A stretch of 64,000 bases of DNA, taken from NCBI GenBank assembly GCA_038144425.1, contig JAYQNS010000003.1:190790-254789 (forward strand). The letters run 5' to 3'. Source of the DNA: Candidatus Salivita marina. GTDB lineage: Bacteria; Pseudomonadota; Gammaproteobacteria; Pseudomonadales; Azotimanducaceae. Positions 57,171-64,000 of the stretch are shown here, in pieces. The translations under genes and the position numbers were made by a program. The first letter of the stretch is position 1. Every line of letters starts with the position of its first letter. Under the pieces are notes generated by a model. The model saw only the letters and a program-made list of their open reading frames with translations. It searched no databases and had not been told where the DNA came from.

Positions 57171-59527
57171 GCGGGAATCAGCTTCAGCACCTTCGTGGTG
57201 GCCTTTTCCACCGCCTCCCGGCTGTACAGCAGGGGGCGACTTTCCAGCGTCGCCCAGGGATCAAGCAGGTCTCCGTAGTGGGGGCTTTCCTGAACGCCGC
57301 TTTGCCCCGGGGCATTGGTCATGCGCGCTTCGTCCCAATTGCCGACATCGAGCACCATGCGCCAGGACGCTCCGGAGCGAACCCTATAGTCCTCCCCAAA
57401 GCTCGTGTTATTCACCGTATAGGACGACCCCCCGAGGGCCTTCGACGGCAGGCTCCAGGCCGCCGCCGCAGGGCTCACCTCGGCCAGGGGATGGGTGAAA
57501 TTCATGGTGTGGAGCGCGCCCCAACGCCAGCGCGCCGGGTCCGCGCCAAGGCGAGCCACGGCGTCCTCCCAGGCGTCGGCGAGGCTTCCTTCGAAGAGGC
57601 CCTGGAGGCGCGGCTCCCGGACTTCCAAACGTTCAAGGGCCGCTCGCGTATCGACTCGGGGGAAAGCGTCGGCCAGGGCCGGGGCTTCGCTGGCGACCAA
57701 GGCCCGGCGCCAATGATCGGTGAACCACAGCTGGAAAAGCGCAGCCGCGGCAGAATCGGCGTTTAGGACGCCGTCAAAATCCTCTAAAAGACCAAAGGCA
57801 CGGCGGGCCTTATCCCCCCTGGGGCGGGGCCAGGCGCTGAGGGCGGCGCTGGCACGGCGAGCCAGCACGGAGGTGAAGTCCCGCTGCAGGGCAAGGCTAT
57901 CCTCCAGTCGGTGGGGCGGCGCGCTGCTAAGCACCTCCTCGATACGCGCAATGCGCCAGGGGGCGGTCCATTCGTAACCGACCCGCACCGTATCCATGGG
58001 AAAGTCTTCCGGAAGCGTGAGATTGTTCGCCGTGGCGTACCAACCTTTCTCCGGATTCAACACCTCCGGCATGTCGCTCATAGGGTGGTAGTCCGCCCAC
58101 TCGTAGCGCCCATCCCCGGGTACGGGGAGGAGGCCGTCATAGTTCACGCGCCGTGGCAAAAGGCCGGCGGGCTTATAGCCAATGTTGCCGTCGACATCGG
58201 CGTAAACCTGGTTTTCCGAGGGCGCCCCCCAGCGGTTGAGGGCCGCCACGAAGCCCCGCCAATTGGACGCGCGCATGTACTCGATGGACCCGAAGTAGGG
58301 CGCCATCCCCGGCTCAAGCCAAGCCGCGCGCACCACCCAGAGACGATCATCTTCCTCGAAGATCACCGGCCCGTGGCGCGTAAAGGCAAGGGAGACGGAC
58401 ACCGGAGCCGCGCCGCGCACCGCAATGGTAGTTTCAACGCGCTCCAGAGGTTCCCAGCGGTCTTGGTAGCGGTAGCGATCGCCGTCTCGGTTGTAGAAGA
58501 GGAGGTCCTCTTGGTCCATCGCGAAGATGGTCAGCCCAAAGGCGATGCGTTCGTTATGGCCAATGGAGATCCCCGGTAACGCAGGCTCCCCGGCACCGAT
58601 CACATTAAGGTCCGGCGCATTTAGGTGCGCGATATAGCGGAGCGAAGGCAGGGCATGGCTCCGGTGAGGATCGTCCGCGAGGATAGGGCGCCCGGTCGCG
58701 CTTCGCTCCGGGGCGACCACCCAGTTGTTGGACCCCGCCGAGCGCAGATTCCGGACCCGCGCTTCGAGAGGCTCCTGAGTCAGGGCGAGCTGATCGCCGC
58801 TGCGCTGAAATTTTACGGCACTCGTGGCCAGCAGGTAGCTGTCCAACACACCCTCGGGAACGCTGCAGGGATCAAGCCCCTCGGGCACGGAGGGCAAATG
58901 GGGGGGTTCGAGGGGACTGCGCAGCTGATCCTCCGCGAGCGCGCCCCGGCACGCACTGCGGGCCCGGGCCACTTCGCTGATCACGTTGCGCCATAGGCCG
59001 TGGCTTCGAATGCGCACCACGTCTTCCGCCGCCCAGCGCGCCGGACGATAGTCTAGGGCCTTGAACTCCGAGGGGAGGCGGCTGGGGTCCGCCTCCGTTA
59101 GGGCGACGAAGGCGTTGATACCGGCCACGAAAGCTTCCGCAATGGCCTGCGCGTCAGAACCGTAGGCTAACCATTCCCGAAACAGGCTGCCGCGGTAGAG
59201 AAACTGCCGCGCCGCCGCATCCTGGGCCACGAACTCCGGACCGAACACCTCTGCCAGCTCGCCAAGACCCCGGCGCCGCCAAAGATCAATCTGCCATAGC
59301 CGATCCCGGGCTGCGTTAAAGCCCTGAAGGAAGAAAGCGTCGTAGTGTTTCTGGGCGTAGATGTGAGGCACGCCCCAACGGTCAATGAGAATTTCCCCGG
59401 GAGCGCTGAGGCCGGGCAGGGCGAGGGTTTCCGTCGCTGGCGAAGCCTCGGCCCACACCCCCCCGAAGCTTAGCGCAAGCCCCAGAGCCAGGGCGGGAAA
59501 GGACGAGGGGCAAAGAAAGCGGTTCAT
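57164..59527 (-). CDS. penicillin acylase family Ntn-hydrolase (acyl-homoserine-lactone acylase-like), secreted
   Basis: Signal peptide MNRFLCPSSFPALALGLALSFGGVWA. Beta-subunit nucleophile context GSNNWVVAPERSATGRPILADDPH. 787 aa. Confidence 0.85.
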   Translation of the reverse strand: MNRFLCPSSFPALALGLALSFGGVWAEASPATETLALPGLSAPGEILIDRWGVPHIYAQKHYDAFFLQGFNAARDRLWQIDLWRRRGLGELAEVFGPEFVAQDAAARQFLYRGSLFREWLAYGSDAQAIAEAFVAGINAFVALTEADPSRLPSEFKALDYRPARWAAEDVVRIRSHGLWRNVISEVARARSACRGALAEDQLRSPLEPPHLPSVPEGLDPCSVPEGVLDSYLLATSAVKFQRSGDQLALTQEPLEARVRNLRSAGSNNWVVAPERSATGRPILADDPHRSHALPSLRYIAHLNAPDLNVIGAGEPALPGISIGHNERIAFGLTIFAMDQEDLLFYNRDGDRYRYQDRWEPLERVETTIAVRGAAPVSVSLAFTRHGPVIFEEDDRLWVVRAAWLEPGMAPYFGSIEYMRASNWRGFVAALNRWGAPSENQVYADVDGNIGYKPAGLLPRRVNYDGLLPVPGDGRYEWADYHPMSDMPEVLNPEKGWYATANNLTLPEDFPMDTVRVGYEWTAPWRIARIEEVLSSAPPHRLEDSLALQRDFTSVLARRASAALSAWPRPRGDKARRAFGLLEDFDGVLNADSAAAALFQLWFTDHWRRALVASEAPALADAFPRVDTRAALERLEVREPRLQGLFEGSLADAWEDAVARLGADPARWRWGALHTMNFTHPLAEVSPAAAAWSLPSKALGGSSYTVNNTSFGEDYRVRSGASWRMVLDVGNWDEARMTNAPGQSGVQESPHYGDLLDPWATLESRPLLYSREAVEKATTKVLKLIPAQ

Positions 59528-60288
59528 AGCGCAGGCTCCAGAGTTGGAAGATCGTCGAGCACGGCGAGGGCCTCGGCGATGCCCTCATGCCACACCAGTT
59601 GGGCCAGCCCATCGAGGGGCGTAGCTTCGCGATTGATAATGACCAACGGGACCCCGCGCCGCGCCGCCTCCTCCGGGAAGGCAGCGGCAGGATAGACCTG
59701 CAGGGATGAACCGAGCACAAGACACAGATCGCAAGCGGCGATGGCCTCCGCAGCCCGGGCCATGGGCCCCTCAGGCATGGCCTGGCCGAAGCTAATGGTG
59801 GCGCTCTTGACGATGCCGCCGCAGGCGTCGCAGGGCGGCACGCCGCCGGAGGCCTCAAAGACTGCCTTTAGCGCCGCAAGCTCATAACGTTGACCGCAGC
59901 TAAGGCAGGTCGCGAACGTGCTGTTGCCGTGAAGCTCGATCAGCGCGTTCGGATCGACTCCGGCGCGGCGATGAAGATCGTCGACGTTCTGGGTTAGCAC
60001 GCAGCGCGCGTAACCTTTGGTGAGCAGGGCCGTGACGGCGTAGTGGCCAGCATTGGGCGCCGCCTGGGTCAGCGTATCGTCCCCCTCAAAGCGCCGGCGC
60101 CAGCTTTCCCGGCGCACCGCTTCAGAGCTCAGAAAGTCGTCGAAGGGGATGGGCTTCATACGCGTCCACAGCCCACTGGGGCTGCGAAAATCAGGGATGC
60201 CGGAATCGGTGCTCATGCCCGCTCCGGTAAAGATGACGGCGTGGCGCGCCTGGGCCACCAGCGTCTGAAGTTTCTCCTGGGGATCCAT
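59524..60288 (-). CDS. SIR2-family NAD-dependent protein deacylase (sirtuin)
   Basis: FTGAGMSTDSGIPDFRSPSGLW, QNVDDLHRRAG, ELHGN and a Zn ribbon CLSCG...CDACGG. The start is trimmed from 60957 to the ATG at 60288, after GGAGGG. The upstream part overlaps the plus-strand yfcH-like gene. Confidence 0.85.
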   Translation of the reverse strand: MDPQEKLQTLVAQARHAVIFTGAGMSTDSGIPDFRSPSGLWTRMKPIPFDDFLSSEAVRRESWRRRFEGDDTLTQAAPNAGHYAVTALLTKGYARCVLTQNVDDLHRRAGVDPNALIELHGNSTFATCLSCGQRYELAALKAVFEASGGVPPCDACGGIVKSATISFGQAMPEGPMARAAEAIAACDLCLVLGSSLQVYPAAAFPEEAARRGVPLVIINREATPLDGLAQLVWHEGIAEALAVLDDLPTLEPAL

Positions 60289-60366
60289 GCTCTTTCCCTC
60301 CGCAAGGCCAGGGGGAAAGCTTATCATTGACCCCTCTCTCCACAGGCACGGGCGCAGGAGTCGACC

Positions 60367-61254
60367 ATGGATCGTATTTTGCTCACTGGCGCCACGGGGT
60401 TCATCGGCCAAGCGCTCGTTCGTGCCTGGCGGGGCACCGGGGAGATCGCTGTCCTTACGCAGAGTGGTCCAAGCGCCAAGCGGCTTGGGCTCTCGCCGAA
60501 GGTCATCTTTAAGGACCCGGAGGCCGCTGCCGCCTTTAAGCCCACGATCGTGGTACATCTGGCCGGGGCGGGTATCGCCGAGGCGCGCTGGACTGCGAAA
60601 CGCCGCGCAAAGCTCTGGGCCTCCCGGGTGGACTACACCCGCCGCCTCGTGAACGCGCTCCGCCCGGCCCCACCGGAGCGCATGATCGCCGCCTCCGCCA
60701 TTGGCTATTACGGCCCCCTGGGGGATTCCCCAGTGGACGAATCCGCCCCCCAGGGCGCGGGCTTTGCCGCAGCACTCTGCGAAGCCTGGGAGGCGGAAAG
60801 TCGAGCCCTTAAGGCCGGGGGCAGCGCGGTATGCTGCCTTCGCCTTGGGCTCGTGCTGGGACCTCACGGTGGGCTTTTGGGACGGCTTGCGCCGCCCTTT
60901 CGCCTCGGCCTCGGCGGGCGGATCGGCGCGGGTGACCAGGGTATGAGCTGGATTCATCGCGACGATGTGCTAAGCCTGCTCTCCTGGCTACGCGCCGCAC
61001 CGATCCTACCGGAGACGGTGAATGGCACTGCGCCCCATCCCGTCAGCAACGGGGAATTTACCCGGGCCCTGGGCCGGGCGCTGCGCCGTCCTACGCCCTT
61101 TCCCTTACCCGCGGCCCTGGTGAAAATCCTCTTCGGACAAATGGGACAAGAGTTGTTGCTTGGCGGGTCCATGGTGCTGCCCAGGGTAGCGGAGACGGCG
61201 GGCTTCCCATTCCGCTTTCCCACTCTCTCGGAGGCCCTCGAGGACATTTTCTAG
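60367..61254 (+). CDS. TIGR01777/YfcH-like NAD-dependent epimerase family protein (SDR fold plus DUF1731)
   Basis: ILLTGATGFIGQALV Rossmann motif. C-terminal MVLPRVAETAGFPFRFPTLSEAL resembles DUF1731. Confidence 0.8.
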   Translation: MDRILLTGATGFIGQALVRAWRGTGEIAVLTQSGPSAKRLGLSPKVIFKDPEAAAAFKPTIVVHLAGAGIAEARWTAKRRAKLWASRVDYTRRLVNALRPAPPERMIAASAIGYYGPLGDSPVDESAPQGAGFAAALCEAWEAESRALKAGGSAVCCLRLGLVLGPHGGLLGRLAPPFRLGLGGRIGAGDQGMSWIHRDDVLSLLSWLRAAPILPETVNGTAPHPVSNGEFTRALGRALRRPTPFPLPAALVKILFGQMGQELLLGGSMVLPRVAETAGFPFRFPTLSEALEDIF

Positions 61255-61298
61255 TATTTTCATGCCATCACCTCGCACCAGTAGAACAGGAGAGCACC

Positions 61299-61781
61299 AT
61301 GGGTTTCGCCTTGTCAGACATGACGCTCCGATCGCCAGCCTTTGCGGAAGGCGGCGCTATCCCGAGGGACCATACGGGGGAGGGTGCCGACACGTCCCCA
61401 GCCCTCAGCTGGGAAGCTCTCCCCGAGGGAACGCAGCAGCTGGCGGTAATATGTCACGACCCGGACGCGCCCCTCGTCACTCCGGGCCACTATGGCTTCG
61501 TGCACTGGGTGCTGTACAACCTACCCCCCGATCTTAGCGCGCTCCCGGAAGGCTTTGAGGGCGGCACCCAGGGGCGGAATGACTTTGGGGCCGAGGGCTA
61601 CGGTGGCCCCATGCCCCCCGAAGGCCACGGCACCCATCGCTATTATTTTTGGCTACTTGCCCTAGATACGGCCCTCGACCTGCCGCCGGGGCTGGATCTT
61701 TGGACGCTCCTGGAACGCATTGAAGCCCACGTTCTGGGCATGAATCGCCTCGTCGGCACCTACCGCCGCGATTCCGCCTAA
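61299..61781 (+). CDS. YbhB/YbcL family Raf-kinase-inhibitor-like protein (PEBP)
   Basis: SPALSWE..., DPDAP, FVHWVLYNLP and GPMPPEGHGTHRYYF are PEBP motifs. Confidence 0.85.
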   Translation: MGFALSDMTLRSPAFAEGGAIPRDHTGEGADTSPALSWEALPEGTQQLAVICHDPDAPLVTPGHYGFVHWVLYNLPPDLSALPEGFEGGTQGRNDFGAEGYGGPMPPEGHGTHRYYFWLLALDTALDLPPGLDLWTLLERIEAHVLGMNRLVGTYRRDSA

Positions 61782-61786
61782 CCGAG

Positions 61787-62429
61787 ATGTGCCGAGCCTG
61801 GTACGACCGCCACTGCCTGAGCGCTGCCATCGACAAGCTCTGTGGTGGCCCGGAGGTGATGAAACTTCGGGCTGAAGTCGTGCCCCTCGCCAAGGGCACG
61901 GTGCTCGAGCTTGGCTTGGGCTCGGGGCTGAATTTGGCTTTCTACGAACCACAACGGGTCAGGAAAGTCCTTGGGGTCGACCCGGGGGTGGCTCTGACCG
62001 ATCGGGCTCAGGCGCGCATCGCCGAAGCTCCGGTACCGGTAGAGCTCCTTGAGCATCTCCGGAGAAGCCTTGCCCCAAGCAAACCAGAGCGTCGATACGG
62101 TGCTCACCACCTTTACGCTTTGCACCATTCCAAACGTTTATGCAGCACTCCGGGAGGCGCGGCGCGTGCTCAAACCCGGCGGTAAGTGGGTTTTTCTTGA
62201 GCATGGACTGGCGCCGGAGCCCGCCATCGCCCGATGGCAACGGCGCCTCAATCCGCTCTGGAGCGCGCTAGCCGGAGGATGCCAGCTGAGCCGCGATCCC
62301 AAGGCGCTCCTCCATGATGCCGGCTGGCGCATCGAGGAAGCCGACCATACAGTGGGCTACGGTATGCCCGGGCCTAGGGTGCTAACGTACCTGTATCGAG
62401 GGACGGCTCGACCGCTGGGGCAGGCTTGA
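61787..62429 (+). pseudogene. class I SAM-dependent methyltransferase (Methyltransf_11-like), split by a one-base insertion near 62048-62051
   Basis: VLELGLGSGLNL (SAM motif I) is in the frame of ORF 61787..62185. SGEALPQANQSVDTVLTTFTLCTIP...VLKPGGKWVFLEHG is in the frame of ORF 62049..62429. Confidence 0.78.
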
Positions 62430-63864
62430 AAAAGGCGTGCTGGGCAAGAATTCCTAAGAAGAGCCCGGCGCCCACGGCAAGAAACGCAAGGCGCTCAAAG
62501 CCCCCTAAAAAGCCGTCCATGCCTGCTCCGGCATCGGCGGAGACCAGCGTCTCTGCGAAAAGCCCACTCAAATAGCCCGCCGCGGACACGGCGAGGAACC
62601 ATACCCCCATCATCATGCCCACAAGTTGGGGCACGGCCAGGCGCGTCACCATGGCCAGACCCACGGGGGATAGGCACAGCTCCCCAATTGTATGAAGCCA
62701 ATAGGTGCCCACGAGCGCCCAGAGGGGCGCGGAGGCGCTGCCTTGCCCTGCAAAAACCAAAAGAGCGAAGCCCAGCCCCACCAGCACCAGAGCCATCGCA
62801 AACTGCCGAGCCAAGCCCGGGGACCAGCCGCGCCGGGCTAGCCAGGGCCAAAGGCGCGCAAAGAGGGGGGCAAACAGGATGATAAAGAAGGCATTTAGGG
62901 ACTGAAGCTGGGAGGCGGGAATTTCACCGGACCCCAGGGTGCGATCCACAAAGCGGTCCGTAAAAAGATTCAGCGCGCCGCCGGCCTGCTCGAAGAGAAA
63001 CCAGAAAATAATTGAGAAGGCGATAAGGGTCAGCATGAGCAGAGTATCGTGACGCGCCTCCCGGGGCAGGCGCCGGAACGCGAAATAGAGCGCGAAGGCC
63101 ACCGCACCGCAGCCCACGAGCGCCAAGGTACCGCCCATGAGCGGGGGGTGGCTCAGCAATTGATAGGCAACGGGCAGGGCGAGCACCGCCGTCGCAAGCT
63201 GAACCCGGGGGCCCAGCGTGGGCTGGGCCGGGGGATCTCCCAGACCAGCCAGGGCTCGGCGACCCAGCACCAGGACCATGAGGCCGACGGCCATGCCCAG
63301 CCCTGCTAGGGCGAAGCCCCAGTGCCAGCCAAGCCGTTCCCCCACATAGCCTACGGCCAGGGCCGCGGTGAAGGCGCCCACGTTGATGCCAAGGTAAAAC
63401 CAACTGAAGGCGCTGTCCCTTTCCGGGTCCTCCTTGGCATAGAGCATGCCCACGAGGGTAGAAATGTTGGCTTTCAAAAGCCCCGTGCCAATGCCGATAA
63501 GCGCCAGTGCAAGATAGAGGGGACTCACGGGCAGCGCGAACCCTAGCTGCGCCCCATCCAACGTGAGGATGGCATGACCCAGCACAAGCACCACGGCGCC
63601 GTAATAGACCGCCCGTCGGGCGCCCAGAGCCTGATCGGCGAGGGCGCCTCCCAGCACAGGAAGGGCGTACAGCAGAGCCAGGTAAGCGCCATAAAGGCGT
63701 AGCGCATCGCCATCGGAAAAATCCGCGGCCCGGGTGAGGTAAAGCACGAGGATGGCGCGCATGCCGTAATAGGAGAAGCGCTCCCACAGCTCGGCCAAAA
63801 CCAAAAAGAGAAGGGCACGACCCCGATGGGAGACGGCCGCCGGCGCGGCGCCGGGGGCGCTCAT
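62374..63864 (-). CDS. proton-dependent oligopeptide transporter (POT/PTR2 family, di/tripeptide permease)
   Basis: ELWERFSYYGMRAILVLYL PTR2 signature. 496-aa polytopic protein. Confidence 0.88.
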   Translation of the reverse strand: MSAPGAAPAAVSHRGRALLFLVLAELWERFSYYGMRAILVLYLTRAADFSDGDALRLYGAYLALLYALPVLGGALADQALGARRAVYYGAVVLVLGHAILTLDGAQLGFALPVSPLYLALALIGIGTGLLKANISTLVGMLYAKEDPERDSAFSWFYLGINVGAFTAALAVGYVGERLGWHWGFALAGLGMAVGLMVLVLGRRALAGLGDPPAQPTLGPRVQLATAVLALPVAYQLLSHPPLMGGTLALVGCGAVAFALYFAFRRLPREARHDTLLMLTLIAFSIIFWFLFEQAGGALNLFTDRFVDRTLGSGEIPASQLQSLNAFFIILFAPLFARLWPWLARRGWSPGLARQFAMALVLVGLGFALLVFAGQGSASAPLWALVGTYWLHTIGELCLSPVGLAMVTRLAVPQLVGMMMGVWFLAVSAAGYLSGLFAETLVSADAGAGMDGFLGGFERLAFLAVGAGLFLGILAQHAFFKPAPAVEPSLDTGTLAP

Positions 63865-64000
63865 GATTGAGCGCCCGGGGCCTTCACCCCCCCGGATTGC
63901 CGAAGACGTTCAAAGGCCAGCGGTTCGAGCCCTTTATCAATAAATTTCGAAATCCGCCGGGCACAGTCCACCGGGCCCTCGGCGGCCGTGTCGACTTCAA
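63861..64000 (-). CDS. C-terminal fragment of an unidentified protein, cut by the window edge
   Basis: My own translation is ...EVDTAAEGPVDCARRISKFIDKGLEPLAFERLRQSGGVKAPGAQS-stop. Its TGA overlaps the POT ATG (ATGA), which suggests a real co-transcribed gene. Confidence 0.4.
   Translation of the reverse strand, partial: EVDTAAEGPVDCARRISKFIDKGLEPLAFERLRQSGGVKAPGAQS

Noticed and set aside
59524-60288. SIR2 domain as an anti-phage effector (Thoeris, DSR or pAgo-associated type)
   Set aside because: It is a compact 254-aa canonical sirtuin with a Zn ribbon and a GAG...DFR NAD pocket. There is no fused sensor domain and no defence-type neighbour.
60289-60957. N-terminal 223 codons of the 477-aa ORF 59524..60957
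   Set aside because: Only the last 254 codons are sirtuin-like, and they have their own GGAGGG RBS and ATG at 60288. The upstream part is low-complexity and overlaps the well-supported plus-strand yfcH-like gene.
1-64000. CRISPR arrays, IS elements, integrases, prophage, toxin-antitoxin or defence-system genes
   Set aside because: I read through all intergenic regions, which are mostly under 150 bp, and all ORF translations. I saw no spaced direct repeats, transposase or integrase motifs, or known defence domains. This visual scan cannot exclude short or degenerate repeats.

Overview
This is a visibly GC-rich, densely coding chromosomal window that looks proteobacterial. I cannot name the organism. 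About 60 protein genes and one tRNA-Leu fill both strands, with short gaps and many ATGA/TAATG start-stop overlaps. Recognisable blocks, in order:
- an oxygenase set (CYP153-like P450 plus PhyH dioxygenase)
- a LysE exporter, GST and HMG-CoA lyase
- an OmpR-type response regulator divergent from a soluble PAS histidine kinase
- a marR-emrA-emrB-like efflux operon
- a family III CoA-transferase, rmuC and an M61 peptidase
- an EAL-HDOD protein divergent from SapC plus an MFS transporter
- a tight minus-strand operon: mltB, thioesterase, histidine phosphatase, a UGA-containing gene and an unknown partner
- a Baeyer-Villiger monooxygenase neighbourhood with a TPP enzyme, Zn-ADH, gor and DUF429
- a GPH transporter, alkaline phosphatase and alanine/glycine:cation symporter
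- sppA, MAPEG, murF-moaA-DUF1285, ETF-QO divergent from etfBA, and lysR-pyrB
- a gspEFGHIJKLM type II secretion block and an acyl-CoA dehydrogenase
- a sirtuin coupled to a penicillin/AHL-acylase
- yfcH-like, PEBP, a methyltransferase and a POT peptide transporter

I found no CRISPR array, IS element, integrase, prophage, toxin-antitoxin pair or recognisable defence system, and no clearly novel multi-gene system.

The best lead is an in-frame TGA at 21561-21563. It joins two ORF-track pieces into a 183-aa protein with an H-U-G-S-C (UxxC) motif, a probable selenoprotein. That gene is translationally coupled to a Cys-rich 346-aa protein of unknown function.

The second theme is technical. Five genes are disrupted by single-base frameshifts, and four of these are a missing base in a G/C run of 4-5. 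This looks more like homopolymer assembly error than biology.

Many ORF-track starts are over-extended. I trimmed them using RBS position, neighbour overlap and family-typical N-termini.
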